This document shows, piece by piece, positions 1 through 10,297 of a stretch of 64,000 nt of DNA. The stretch is from NCBI GenBank assembly GCA_050260105.1, contig JBLNBR010000021.1, positions 46,245-110,244 on the forward strand, given 5' to 3'. A program made the position numbers and the translations under genes. Numbering within the stretch: position 1 is the first letter of the stretch; every line of letters starts with the position of its first letter. Under the pieces are notes generated by a model. It had not been told where the DNA came from. It saw nothing but the letters and a program-made list of their open reading frames with translations, and did not search any database. This DNA comes from Ignavibacteriales bacterium (GTDB lineage Bacteria; Bacillota; Sulfobacillia; JABLXB01).

Positions 1-2
1 AG

Positions 3-1049
3 TCCGCCACAACACTGGCTCTGCTGACCATCGTCAAGGCCGGCGACGAATTGCTGGCTGCCAGCAGCCTGTACGGCGGAACATACAACCTCCTGCGCTA
101 TACCTTCCCCGGACTCGGCATCAAGACACACTTCGTGGACCCGGGCGATCCGGAGGACTTCAGGAGGGCCCTGCGGAGTCACCCGAGGATCAAGGCTGTA
201 TATGCCGAGAGTCTCGGCAACCCCAAGCTTGACGTCCTTGACTTCGAGGCGGTGGGCGCGATCAGCCACGAGGCCGGGATCCCGTTGATCATCGATAATA
301 CCATCCCCTCGCCGTACCTGCTGCGCCCCTTCGACCACGGCGCCGACATCGTCGTCCATTCCGCCACTAAGTTCATTGGGGGCCATGGCACATCCATCGG
401 CGGCATTATCGTCGACAGCGGCCGCTTCAACTGGGCGAATGGGCGGTTCCCCCACTTCACGGAGCCCGATCCGTCCTATCACGGCCTCAGATTCTGGGAG
501 ACCTTCAGCAACGTGAACGGGGCCAACGTTGCTTTCATCACCAAGGCTCGCGTCCAGTTCCTGAGAGACGTCGGATCGGCCCTCAGTCCGTTCAATGCGT
601 TCCTCCTTCTCCAAGGACTGGAGACACTGCACCTTCGCATGGAACGTCACAGCGAAAATGCGCTGGCAGTGGCGCGGTTCCTAAAGGATCACAAGCATGT
701 GGCCTGGGTCAACTACCCCGGCCTCCCGGACCACCCAACCCACACCCTGGCCAGGAAGTACTTCTCTCGCGGGTTATACAGCGCGATCCTGGGTTTCGGC
801 ATCGCGGGGGGCCACGAGGCAGGCCGGAAGCTGATCAACAGCGTAAAGATGTTCTCTCACCTGGCCAACATCGGCGACGCCAAGAGCCTGGTCATACACC
901 CGGCCTCCACGACGCATCAGCAACTCTCACCCGAAGAGCAAGTTTCGGCCGGCGTCACCGGCGACTTTGTTCGCCTGTCGATCGGCCTCGAACACATCGA
1001 CGACATCCTTGAAGACTTGGACCAGGCGCTGGAGGCCAGCCAGAAGTGA
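3..1049 (+). CDS. metY: O-acetylhomoserine sulfhydrylase / aminocarboxypropyltransferase (Cys/Met-metabolism PLP enzyme), 5' end outside window
   Basis: Frame-3 translation from the window edge (SATTLALLTIVKAGDELLAASSLYGGTYNLL... HSATKFIGGHGTSIGG...) matches the MetY/OAH sulfhydrylase family. The ORF is open to position 3. Confidence 0.85.
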   Translation, partial: SATTLALLTIVKAGDELLAASSLYGGTYNLLRYTFPGLGIKTHFVDPGDPEDFRRALRSHPRIKAVYAESLGNPKLDVLDFEAVGAISHEAGIPLIIDNTIPSPYLLRPFDHGADIVVHSATKFIGGHGTSIGGIIVDSGRFNWANGRFPHFTEPDPSYHGLRFWETFSNVNGANVAFITKARVQFLRDVGSALSPFNAFLLLQGLETLHLRMERHSENALAVARFLKDHKHVAWVNYPGLPDHPTHTLARKYFSRGLYSAILGFGIAGGHEAGRKLINSVKMFSHLANIGDAKSLVIHPASTTHQQLSPEEQVSAGVTGDFVRLSIGLEHIDDILEDLDQALEASQK

Positions 1050-1497
1050 TGGCAGCGCGCCTCCTCTGCCAGTAGAGCGCCACCCAGGTGGGGATGGCCG
1101 CGGCAGCGAACGGGACAATCCACGTAAACCCCACGGCTATGGCGAACCCAAAGATGCGGGCGATGATGTTTCCTGCGGAGGGGTCCTCCTTAAATCCTGG
1201 GAGGAGGTACACAAGCCAGGCCACGGCCGTAAGGGCTGCAGCGCCCCAGAACTCGATGCCTATGACCGTGTCCAAGCGTTGGTCGGCCACCTGGCACTCC
1301 GGACGGCGGGGGATCACGACGGTTGTCGTCTCGTAGGACACTTGCTCGCCCGAGGTGGTCGGCACCCTGTATATCTCCCTGTGCATCGGAACCACCTTCC
1401 AGGAATCGGGGCCGGCCACGGGCTTGCCGCAGAACCAGCAGTCTCCCCCAGCCCCCGCAACGAGCCGGGCCATCTCCAGCAGGTTCACATCACTCAC
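955..1497 (-). CDS. hypothetical small membrane protein (N-terminal CWFC zinc-ribbon-like motif, two predicted TM helices)
   Basis: 180-aa ORF with hydrophobic helices (AAALTAVAWLVYLL, IFGFAIAVGFTWIVPFAAAAI). Its last ~95 nt overlap the metY 3' end convergently, so it is doubtful. Confidence 0.25.
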   Translation of the reverse strand: MSDVNLLEMARLVAGAGGDCWFCGKPVAGPDSWKVVPMHREIYRVPTTSGEQVSYETTTVVIPRRPECQVADQRLDTVIGIEFWGAAALTAVAWLVYLLPGFKEDPSAGNIIARIFGFAIAVGFTWIVPFAAAAIPTWVALYWQRRRAAITSGWPPAPGPSLQGCRRCVRGRSTGEQSRR

Positions 1498-1610
1498 CCC
1501 GGCGCAGAACCAGACTATGGTCTCCGGGGGAAGACATTCTCCGGCATCCCGGACCCTCCTTCCCCTCCTTTCTCACTTTCTCAATTGTGCGGCAGCAGGG
1601 ACGGGGGCTT

Positions 1611-2066
1611 CTAGTCCAGTCGCTTGCGAAGCCGCCAGACAGCCAGGGTCAGGATCGCGACGGCATGCAGGCTCATGATCGCGGCCTGGCGCCACAGCAC
1701 GTCCATGCCCGCGCCCATCAGGATCACACCTCGGAGCACCTGGAGGAAATGGGTCAGCGGTATGGTGTAGCCGACGAACTGAAGCGCCCTCGGCATCGCC
1801 TCGAACGGGAACACGTACCCCGACAGAAGGATGCTGGGAAGTATGAGCAGGGTGCTCAACTGCGTAGCCTGCATCTGGTTCGAGGAGACCGTGCTGACAA
1901 GAAGGCCCAGTCCCAGGGATCCCAGGAGGAAGATCAGGGCGTTGAGGCCGAGAACGGCGACGCTGCCCACAATGCGCATGCCGAAGTGGAACACCGCGAC
2001 CACCATCACCAGCGCCACGTCGACTATGGAGACGACGACGTACGGCGCCATCTTACCGAGGATCAC
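1611..2066 (-). pseudogene. ABC-2 family transporter permease, C-terminal ~150 aa only (truncated relic)
   Basis: Translation (…TQLSTLLILPSILLSGYVFPFEAMPRALQFVGYTIPLTHFLQVLRGV…) is a typical ABC-2/YadH permease C-terminus. An in-frame stop lies 9 codons upstream of the GTG start and hfq occupies the DNA where the N-terminal half would be. No cognate ATPase is adjacent. Confidence 0.45.
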
Positions 2067-2137
2067 CTCGGAAGGCCGCCCGGCAAGACGGCGTCATGGA
2101 ACCCTATGCGAGCTAATACTGCGCGAGGTAATACAAT

Positions 2138-2159
2138 GAGCCCGGCGGAAGCCGGGCTC
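2138..2159 (-). terminator. stem-loop downstream of hfq (candidate intrinsic terminator)
   Basis: Perfect 9-bp stem GAGCCCGGC/GCCGGGCTC with a 4-nt loop. It is followed on the minus strand by AUUGUAUUACC, a weak U tract. Confidence 0.45.
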
Positions 2160-2200
2160 GACTGGCTCATGCCTCGGGATCCCCGATCACCAGGGCCTCC

Positions 2201-2452
2201 CTACTGTTCCGAATCCCTCTTCGGCTCCGTGATCACCATGCTGACCGGGCGCGACGGCGTTATGGTCGATATCGCGTGTTTGTAGACCAGGAGCTGCTTT
2301 CCATCGCTGTCCATGACAACGGTGAAATTATCGAAGCCCTTCACCAGCCCCTTGATCTGAAACCCGTTAACAAGGTAGAGCGTGACGTGGGTTGAATCCT
2401 TCCGAACCTGATTGAGGAAGCTGTCCTGCAGGTTGATCTGAGGCTTGGTCAT
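2201..2452 (-). CDS. hfq: RNA chaperone Hfq
   Basis: [64 protein letters not shown] is a canonical Sm-like Hfq. It lies downstream of miaA as in many bacteria. Confidence 0.9.
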   Translation of the reverse strand: MTKPQINLQDSFLNQVRKDSTHVTLYLVNGFQIKGLVKGFDNFTVVMDSDGKQLLVYKHAISTITPSRPVSMVITEPKRDSEQ

Positions 2453-2490
2453 TCGGCTCGCACCCCGTTCCAGACGTCGCTGGATGATTT

Positions 2491-3450
2491 CTACGCTAGA
2501 AACCATTTTCCTTCAATCAGATTACTAATGTCTTCCAAGACGGCTCCCCTTGGGCGATCATGTCCGGCTTGTATCCAGTTTATTCGCGGGTCGTTGCGGA
2601 ACCAGGTGAGTTGCCGTTTCGAGAACCGGCGGGTGTTCCTCTTCAGCAGGCGGATCGCGTCGTCGAGCGTGGAACGCCCGCGCAGGTAATCACCGATCTC
2701 GCGGTATCCGAGGCTGTTCATGGAGAAAAGCCTCTCGTCGTAACCCATGCGGCGGAGCCGCTCCACTTCCTGCACGAGGCCGTCCCGGATCTGCTGTTCA
2801 ACGCGGGCGTCGATCCGCTCGTATAGTTCGTCCCTCGGCATGTCGAGGCCGACCATGAGGACACTGGCGAAGGGCCGGACCGTGCGGGGAAACGCAGACA
2901 AGGGCTTGCCGGTGACGCGGCATACCTCTATTGCGCGTATGAGACGTTTGCGATCGTTGGGGTGTATCCGTGCAGCCGACTGGGGATCGAGCCCCTGGAG
3001 CACCCGGTGCAGCGCACCCACGCCCTCCCGCTCCGCCTGGACGGTGAGGGATCTCCTCAAATCGGGATCCGACGGCGCGTCGGGGAAATAATAATCGTCG
3101 ACCAGGGCGCGAATGTAGAGCGCCGTGCCCCCGACAACCATGGGGAGGCGACCGGCTGAGGATATCGAGTTGATGGCCCGCCTGGCCAGCCGCTGGAAAT
3201 CAGCGACGGAGTAGGTCTCATCGGGATTCAGAATGTCTATGAGGTGGTGTGGCACCCCGCGCCTCTCTTGCATAGAGGGCTTCGCGGTTCCAATGTCCAT
3301 GCCCCTGTACACCTGCATGGAATCGGCGGAGATGATCTCCCCGGCCCACTTCAACGCAAGGTCTATCGAGACGGACGTCTTTCCCGACGCTGTGGCGCCC
3401 GTGAGAACGAGGAAACGGGATTGCGCGCCAGCGGGGCTATCTCCTCCCAA
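2491..3450 (-). CDS. miaA: tRNA dimethylallyltransferase
   Basis: P-loop [13 protein letters not shown], and otherwise MiaA-like along its length. Conserved mutL-miaA-hfq order. Confidence 0.9.
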   Translation of the reverse strand: MGGDSPAGAQSRFLVLTGATASGKTSVSIDLALKWAGEIISADSMQVYRGMDIGTAKPSMQERRGVPHHLIDILNPDETYSVADFQRLARRAINSISSAGRLPMVVGGTALYIRALVDDYYFPDAPSDPDLRRSLTVQAEREGVGALHRVLQGLDPQSAARIHPNDRKRLIRAIEVCRVTGKPLSAFPRTVRPFASVLMVGLDMPRDELYERIDARVEQQIRDGLVQEVERLRRMGYDERLFSMNSLGYREIGDYLRGRSTLDDAIRLLKRNTRRFSKRQLTWFRNDPRINWIQAGHDRPRGAVLEDISNLIEGKWFLA

Positions 3451-5198
3451 ACCTCTTCTCTATCTCCTCTACTCTGATCTCCACCGCGGTGGGTCTCCCG
3501 TGCGGGCATTGGAGCGGGCGCCGGGTAGCCCCAAGATCGGTGACGAGAGCCGTCATCTCCGCGGGCGACAGCCGCCTGCCTGCCCGGACGGCTGAGTGGC
3601 AGGCCGCCAGGGCGGCCGCCGCGACTTCCACCGGGTTCGAGCCGCGCGGCGCTGACGATGCGGCGCCCAGCGCGGCCATGACCATATCGGAGCAAGCCCC
3701 GGAGTCCAGGCCCGCGGGAACACCCCTGATCAACAGGGTATTGTTTCCAAAAGGCGCCACGTCGAATCCCAGCTGGGAGAGAGCGTCCAGCGCCTCCAGA
3801 GCGCCCTCGAAATCGCGCGGCGCAATCTCGAGGACCTGTGGCGACAACAGGGGTTGCGTGGCGTGGCGGCCGCGCGCTTCGAGGAGGCCTTCATAGCATA
3901 CCCTTTCATGGGCCGCGTGCTGGTCTACCAGCACGAGGCCATCGCGGCTCTCCGCCACCACGTACGAATCGAACACCTGGCCGACCACCCTGACGTCCCT
4001 GAGGCTCAGCCCGGCCCGCGCGGGCGCCGCTCCCGCCTCCCCGCGGGAATCTTCAGCGGTGTAGATTCCAGGCAAGTCGCGCAGGCGGGTCTCCCCTGCG
4101 CCACGGGCCGCCGCGACCGGATGGCCTGTCATGCCTGGGACTTGCCGCTGCGCCGGGGCTGCGGGCGCGGCCGCAGCCGGTGCGGCCTCACCAAGTATCG
4201 CCCGCCTCACGGCCGAATACACCGCGGCGGTGATTTCCCTCTCCCTCAGGAACTTGATCTCAGCCTTCTGCGGGTGGATGTTCACGTCGACCGATTCGAA
4301 CGGAAGAGAAATCTCCAGGAAGAACACCGGGAACCTGCGACCGTGGATGAGGCCCCTGTACGCCTCCTCTACGGCCCCCCTGACGGCGTAGCTCCGGACG
4401 TGCCGGCCGTTTACGAACAGGTACTGCGCCGCGCGCGAAGCCCTGCTTGCCCCCGGCCTGGCTGCGAATCCGGATACGCGTACGGCCGGGACCGGCGCGG
4501 ATTCTCCACTGGCGTCGACGGCCCCGACGGGCAGCATGTCCCTAAGCAGCGCCACCCCGAACAGGGACGCTATGGCGTCCCCCAGTGAGCCGGTACCCTG
4601 CGTACGCACGACGGAGTTGCCGTCGATCTTGAGACTGAAAGACACCCGCGGGTTGCCGAGGGCCATTGAGTATGCCACGTCGGCGATCCTCGCGGCTTCG
4701 GCGGAATCGCCCTTCAGGAACTTCAACCTGGCCGGCATGTTTGAGAATAACCCGCTTACTGTGACGCTGGTTCCTACCGTGGCCGCGCATTCGACCGCCG
4801 AGGGGACACCGCCCCAGGACACCCTGACCAGGGTCCCCGTGGGCGAGCCGGCCATGCGGGTCCTGACCTCGACCGATGCGACAGCTGCTATGCTGGCGAG
4901 GGCCTCACCCCTGAAGCCGAGGGTGGCGACGGACGCCAGATCCTCCGCGCGAGCGAGCTTCGACGTCGCGTGCCGCTCGAAGGCGAGGACGGCATCATCG
5001 GGGTCCATGCCGGTGCCGTTGTCGGTAACCCTTATGAGGCGCTTACCGCCGCCTTCGATCTCGATGTCCACCCTCGTAGCGCCGGCGTCGAGTGAGTTCT
5101 CGATCAGTTCCTTGACCGCTGACGCCGGTCTCTCGATTACCTCGCCCGCCGCTATCTTGGCGGCCGTGGCGGCGTCCAGAACCCTGATCCTGCCCAGT
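3437..5198 (-). CDS. mutL: DNA mismatch repair protein MutL (start codon uncertain, see finding)
   Basis: GHKL ATPase motifs (ENSLDAGA, DNGTGM) and a C-terminal dimerisation/endonuclease region. The conserved N-terminus RIRVLDAATAAKIAAGEVIERPASAVKELIENSLDAGA is encoded in frame upstream of the first canonical start (GTG at 5071). Confidence 0.85.
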
Positions 5199-5267
5199 CA
5201 CAATCCCTCCGATGAAACTTCCTATCCAACCCGGATCCTCACGTACGGAGGCCGTGCGCCCGGCGGG

Positions 5268-7952
5268 TCAGTCCCCGTCCTCGAGCAGCCGCTGGATGTC
5301 CGCCAGCCGCTTCAACGCCTCCATGGGCGTCACGTTGTCGAGATCGAGACCTCGGAGTATGGCAAGGGCCTCGGTCTCCACCGCCGAGAGTCCCTCCCCG
5401 GCATCGCCGCTGCCCGGGTCCCCCGCCGGGTCCGCCTGAGGGCCCGGCACGTCGAACAGCGAACACTGCTGCGGTTTGGAGGGGCTCTGCCTCTCCAGCG
5501 ACTCCAGGATGGATCCCGCGCGTTTCAGCACCTCGCGGGGCAGCCCGGCCATGCGCGCCACGTTGACTCCGTAACTCTTGTCGATGGCCCCGGGCGTGAG
5601 CCTGTAGAGGAAGGTCAGTTGTCCGCCCCGTTCCACGGCGGTGACATGGTAATTCTTGATCGCCGTGAGCCTGCGCTCCACAGCGGCGAGTTCGTGATAG
5701 TGCGTCGTGAAGAGCGCCTTGCACCGCACCCTGTCGTGAAGGTACTCCAGGGTGGCCTGCGCCAGCGCCATGCCGTCGTACGTGCTCGTCCCACGGCCCA
5801 GTTCATCAACCAGGACGAGGCTCTCCGGCGTGGCCGAATTGAGGATCGCGGCGACCTCGGTGAGTTCCACCATGAAGGTGCTGCGTCCCCCCGATAGGTC
5901 CTCGTACGACCCCGTGCGGTAGAAGACACCATCCACAGTGGAGACTTCCGCGGAGGACGCGGGGACGAAAGACCCGATGTGGGCCATGAGGACGATGAGC
6001 GCCGTGGTCGCGAGGATCGTGGACTTCCCCGCCATGTTCGGGCCCGTGATCAGCAACACCCTGGTCGTATCATCGAGGTGGATGTCGTTGGGGATGAACC
6101 GCCCTGGCCCCATCACCCGCTCCAACACGGGGTGCCGTCCTTCCCTGATATGGATCCCGCCGTCCCGCCGGACCAGGGGCCTGCAATACGCCCCTTCGGC
6201 GGCGGCCTCGGCCAGGGAGGCGAGACAGTCCGTCTCCGCGATGGCCCTGGCCCGCTCCTGGATGGCCGGGCAACTGGCGGCGACTTCGCCGCGAATCCTG
6301 CAGAGGATCTCGTACTCGATATCAGCGAGGCTCTGATCCGCGCCGAGCACCTGAGCCTCTTTCTCCTTCAACTCGGGGGTTATGAATCGCTCGGCGTCGG
6401 TCAAGGTCTGTTTCCTTATGTAGTTGGCCGGCACGAGGTGGAGGTTCGGCTTTGTCACCTCGATATAGTAGCCGAATACCTTGTTGTACCCCACCTTCAG
6501 TGACTTGATCCCCGTTGCGGCGCGTTCGGCCTGCTCGAGGCGGGCAATCCACTCCTTACCACCGGAAGACGCGTCGCGAAGGGCATCCACCCTATCGTCA
6601 TAGCCGGCCCTGATCAGCCCACCTTCCCGGATCAAGACAGGCGGGTCGTCGACAATCGCATCGCGGATCAGAGTCGCGACATCCTCGAGCGGGGCAAGAG
6701 ACCCGGCCAGCCGCGAGAGTAACCCGCCGGACGGATTGGCGCCCCCCTCGGGCCAGGCGGCTGCCAGGATGTCCGTGAGGCAGGACCTCACGCCATCCAT
6801 CGCCTCGAGGGACTGGCGCAGCGCGACGAGATCGCGGGCGCCGGCGGTCCCGCAGGAAACACGGCTGATCAACCTCTCCATGTCGTAGACGCCCGACAGG
6901 GCCTCCCTCAGCCGGGCCCTCGACTGCGGGTTACCCTCCAGGGTCTCCACCGCGTTCAGCCTGTCGTTGATGGCCTCCACGTCGCGAAGAGGCCGCTGCA
7001 TCCACGACCGCAGCATCCTGGCGCCCATCGCCGTCACGGTGCGGTCGAGGACCCAGAGCAGCGTGGCCGTTTCGGAACCGTCGGAATTCCTCTTGAACAA
7101 TTCGAGGCTGCGTCGTGTGGATTGGTCCACAGACACGTACTCGGCCGTGCGGTAGGCCCGCAAGGAGGTCATCTGGGCCACTGCCGACTTCTGCGTCTCG
7201 GCCGCGTAACGCAGGAGGGCCCCTGCGGCGCAGACCGCGGCGGGCATCTCCTGGAATCCAAAGGCGTCCACGGATGCGACTCCGAAATGCTCGCCGAGTG
7301 TGGCAGCCGCTTCCCTGAACGAGAACGCGCTTTCCGGATATGGTGTGACGACTGCCCCATGGTCCCTCGCCCTGAATTCACCGATCAGGGCGTGATCCTG
7401 AAGGGTTGGGGGCGCGAGCAACTCCGAGGGTTGTACGCGGAGCAGTTCGGCGAGGCACCCCAGGGGCTCGGGGGTGTCGATCTGTGTTGCGGAGAATTCA
7501 CCCGTGGAGACGTCGGCGAAGGCCAGCCCGGCGCAGGCTTTTCTCCCGCCGCCTGCCCTGAACCAGCACACTGCCCCAATGAAGTTGTTACGCCGGTCTT
7601 GCAGGAAGTCCCCATCCACGACGGTGCCCGGTGTGATTACACGAATCACGTCCCGCTTGACGAGGCCCCTGGCGGACTTGGGGTCCTCCATCTGCTCACA
7701 GATGGCGACCTTGTATCCCTTTCCGATCAGTTTGGATATGTACTGCCCCGCGGAGTGATACGGCACGCCGCACATCGGCGCCCGCTTTCCGGCGCCGGCG
7801 TCCCTGCCCGTGAGAACCAGCTCGAGCTCCCTCGACGCCACTTCCGCATCATCGTAGAACATCTCGTAGAAGTCACCGAGCCGGAAGAACAGCAGCGCAC
7901 CGGGGTGTTCTCGCTTTATTGAGGCATATTGGGCAAGCATTGGGGTCGTCGC
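5268..7952 (-). CDS. mutS: DNA mismatch repair protein MutS
   Basis: TPMLAQYASIKREHPGALLFFRLGDFYEMF N-terminus, Walker A GPNMAGKST and HTH region. The ORF is open to 8009, but the family-typical start is near TTPM (GTG 7952 or ATG 7940). Confidence 0.9.
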   Translation of the reverse strand, partial: ATTPMLAQYASIKREHPGALLFFRLGDFYEMFYDDAEVASRELELVLTGRDAGAGKRAPMCGVPYHSAGQYISKLIGKGYKVAICEQMEDPKSARGLVKRDVIRVITPGTVVDGDFLQDRRNNFIGAVCWFRAGGGRKACAGLAFADVSTGEFSATQIDTPEPLGCLAELLRVQPSELLAPPTLQDHALIGEFRARDHGAVVTPYPESAFSFREAAATLGEHFGVASVDAFGFQEMPAAVCAAGALLRYAAETQKSAVAQMTSLRAYRTAEYVSVDQSTRRSLELFKRNSDGSETATLLWVLDRTVTAMGARMLRSWMQRPLRDVEAINDRLNAVETLEGNPQSRARLREALSGVYDMERLISRVSCGTAGARDLVALRQSLEAMDGVRSCLTDILAAAWPEGGANPSGGLLSRLAGSLAPLEDVATLIRDAIVDDPPVLIREGGLIRAGYDDRVDALRDASSGGKEWIARLEQAERAATGIKSLKVGYNKVFGYYIEVTKPNLHLVPANYIRKQTLTDAERFITPELKEKEAQVLGADQSLADIEYEILCRIRGEVAASCPAIQERARAIAETDCLASLAEAAAEGAYCRPLVRRDGGIHIREGRHPVLERVMGPGRFIPNDIHLDDTTRVLLITGPNMAGKSTILATTALIVLMAHIGSFVPASSAEVSTVDGVFYRTGSYEDLSGGRSTFMVELTEVAAILNSATPESLVLVDELGRGTSTYDGMALAQATLEYLHDRVRCKALFTTHYHELAAVERRLTAIKNYHVTAVERGGQLTFLYRLTPGAIDKSYGVNVARMAGLPREVLKRAGSILESLERQSPSKPQQCSLFDVPGPQADPAGDPGSGDAGEGLSAVETEALAILRGLDLDNVTPMEALKRLADIQRLLEDGD

Positions 7953-8109
7953 TTCCACGATAATCCTCCCGAACCGCTGAATTCGGTCCACCTCGCCAAA
8001 AACCTGCACAGCGGCATGGTCGAAAGGCAGGATTCGTTGCGCCGTCGCAGAATTGGCACAACTCAGAACCTTTCCCTCTTTCCCGAATTCCTACAATGGA
8101 GGTGCGGTC

Positions 8110-9291
8110 ATGGGTATACGGGGGTCACTTAAGGCCGCGGCCTGCGTCGTGGTGTTCGCCGTGTGCGCGTCGGTGGTGGCGGGCTGCGGCGGGGGTGGCG
8201 GCGCGAAGGAAATCAAGATTGGGTGCTTCTACCCGCTCACCGGAGCGAACGCCGCGAAGGGCCAGCTCAACAAGAACGGCACGCTACTGGCGATCGAGGA
8301 CATCAACGCGGCAGGAGGCGTTCTGGGCTGCAATCTCGTTCCGGTGTTCGAGGATACCCAGTCCAAGAAGGAGAACGTCCCCAACGTCGTCCGCAAGCTC
8401 ATCGAGCAGGACAAGGTGGTCGTGCTGATAGGCGAGGTCGCCAGCTCCAACTCCATCGCGGCGGGTCCAGTCGTGAAGCAGCTGAAAGTGCCCGCCATCG
8501 CCCCCACGTCGACCAACCCGAAGGTGGTGCAGGACCCCGAGGATCTCACCAAGCTCAATCCCTACTACTTCCGCGGGTGCTTCATCGACCCGGTCCAGGG
8601 TACCGTGCTCGCCAACTTCGTCTCCAAGAACCTCAACAAGACGAAGGCGGCTCTCCTGTACAACATCGCCCAGGACTACAACAAGGGGCTGGCCGAGTAC
8701 TTCAAGGATAAGTTCCAGAAGAACGGCGGCACAATAGTCGCCGAAGAGACGTACCCAGATCAGACCCAGGACTTCAAGCCCCAACTCACCAAGATCAAGG
8801 AGGCCAATCCCGAGGTAATCATAACGCCCAACACGTACGCCGAGAGCGGCCTGATCTTGAGGCAGGCGAAGGAACTCGGGATCAACGCCATATTCCTCGC
8901 GGGCGACTCGACTCACGCCCCCAAGACGCTCGAGATCGCGGGGGACGCCGCGGAAGGCCTGTACCTCACCACGCTGTACGTTGGCGATGACCCCGATCCC
9001 AAGGCGCAGGCGTTTGCCAAGAAGTACCGCGACAAGTACAAGGAGGAGCCGAACAGCAACGCCTGCTTCTCCTACGAATCCACAATGGTGGTGGCGGAGG
9101 CCATAAAGAAGGCGGGGAAGGCCGATCCCCAGGCCATCCGCGACGCCATGGAGCAAGTCAAGGACCTCGACGTCCCGTCCGGCAAGTTCACGATCGACCC
9201 GGCGACCCACAACCCGCTGAACAAGCCGGTCGTCGTCATACAGGTCAAGGACGGCCAGTACAGGTTCGTCACGAAGGTGACTCCTGAGTGA
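8110..9291 (+). CDS. branched-chain amino acid ABC transporter substrate-binding lipoprotein (LivJ/LivK family)
   Basis: Signal peptide plus lipobox (VVAGC followed by a Gly-rich linker) and a periplasmic-binding-protein type I fold. RBS GGAGGTG lies 9 nt upstream of the ATG. Confidence 0.85.
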   Translation: MGIRGSLKAAACVVVFAVCASVVAGCGGGGGAKEIKIGCFYPLTGANAAKGQLNKNGTLLAIEDINAAGGVLGCNLVPVFEDTQSKKENVPNVVRKLIEQDKVVVLIGEVASSNSIAAGPVVKQLKVPAIAPTSTNPKVVQDPEDLTKLNPYYFRGCFIDPVQGTVLANFVSKNLNKTKAALLYNIAQDYNKGLAEYFKDKFQKNGGTIVAEETYPDQTQDFKPQLTKIKEANPEVIITPNTYAESGLILRQAKELGINAIFLAGDSTHAPKTLEIAGDAAEGLYLTTLYVGDDPDPKAQAFAKKYRDKYKEEPNSNACFSYESTMVVAEAIKKAGKADPQAIRDAMEQVKDLDVPSGKFTIDPATHNPLNKPVVVIQVKDGQYRFVTKVTPE

Positions 9292-9408
9292 CAGCCGCTT
9301 TCATCCCGGGCCCCGGCGTACGGGGCCCGGGATCCTGTTGCAGGGGCGGTTTCGATAGGGACCGCTTGCCGTCGCCTCCCAAGAGAGAACCCAAAGGAGC
9401 CCTGTGAA

Positions 9409-10293
9409 ATGAAGGAGTTCACCCAGCAACTCTTCAACGGCCTCGCCATCGGCAGCGTCTACTCGCTCGTGGCCGTGGGGTATACCCTGGTGTTCGGGGT
9501 CCTGCGGTTCATCAACTTCGCCCACGGAAGCGTGTTAACGTTTGCCGCGTATGTGGGCCTCGTCGCGATGCTGTCGCTGAAGATGCCGTTCCCCGTTGCT
9601 TTCGGTGTCAGCCTCGTCTTGAGCGGCGTGTTTTCCATCATCATCGAAAGGCAGGCGTACCGCCCGCTGAGGCTGCGCAATTCCCCGAACCTCAACCTCC
9701 TCATCTGCTCGATCGGCGTGTCCCTGCTGGTTGAGAACGTCATCATCGTTTTCTACAGCGCGGATTTCCACGTGTTCCCCAGGGTGTTCCCGTCGGGAAC
9801 CGTGTCACTGTTCGGGGCGGCCACCCTACCCCCCATCGACATCCTGCTGACAGCGGTGGCCATCGTCCTGATGGCGGGGCTCTTCGCGTTCGTCAACTTC
9901 AGCAAGACGGGCGTCGCCATTCAGGCCCTGGCGTACGACCGGGACGCCGCGGCCTTGATGGGGATCAACATAAACCTGACCATAGCGTACACGTTCTTCA
10001 TCGCCGGCCTCATGGCCTCGGCCGCCGGCGTCCTCATCGGGATCAAGTTCAACGTCAACCCGTACCTTGGCGGCCTCTTCGGCGTCAAATCGTTCGCCGC
10101 GGCCGTCGTCGGCGGGATCGGCAGCATCCCCGGGTCGTATCTGGGGGGGTACCTCATCGGGATTCTCGAGACCATGGGCGCTGGATATGTCTCGTCCAAC
10201 TATAAGGACGCCATAGCCTTCGTCCTCCTCGTTCTGATACTGCTGTTCAAGCCCAGCGGGCTGCTCGGGCGCGGAATACAGGAAAAGGTGTGA
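9409..10293 (+). CDS. livH: branched-chain amino acid ABC transporter permease
   Basis: LivH-family membrane protein (FNGLAIGSVYSLVAVGYTLVFGVLRFINFAHGS). Confidence 0.85.
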   Translation: MKEFTQQLFNGLAIGSVYSLVAVGYTLVFGVLRFINFAHGSVLTFAAYVGLVAMLSLKMPFPVAFGVSLVLSGVFSIIIERQAYRPLRLRNSPNLNLLICSIGVSLLVENVIIVFYSADFHVFPRVFPSGTVSLFGAATLPPIDILLTAVAIVLMAGLFAFVNFSKTGVAIQALAYDRDAAALMGININLTIAYTFFIAGLMASAAGVLIGIKFNVNPYLGGLFGVKSFAAAVVGGIGSIPGSYLGGYLIGILETMGAGYVSSNYKDAIAFVLLVLILLFKPSGLLGRGIQEKV

Positions 10294-10297
10294 CGTT

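Noticed and set aside
4536-5897. 453-aa plus-strand ORF spanning the mutL/mutS junction
   Set aside because: It is antisense to two well-supported genes, and its composition is Ser/Arg/Ala-rich with no motifs. This is a typical GC-rich shadow ORF.
8040-8075. TTGGCACAACTCAGAAC upstream of the liv operon as a sigma54 -24/-12 promoter
   Set aside because: TGGCAC is present, but the -12 GC (TTGC) element at the required 10-nt spacing is missing.
8284-9210. 308-aa minus-strand ORF inside the liv substrate-binding-protein gene
   Set aside because: It is antisense to a clear LivJ-family gene and has a low-complexity Leu/Gly/Arg translation.
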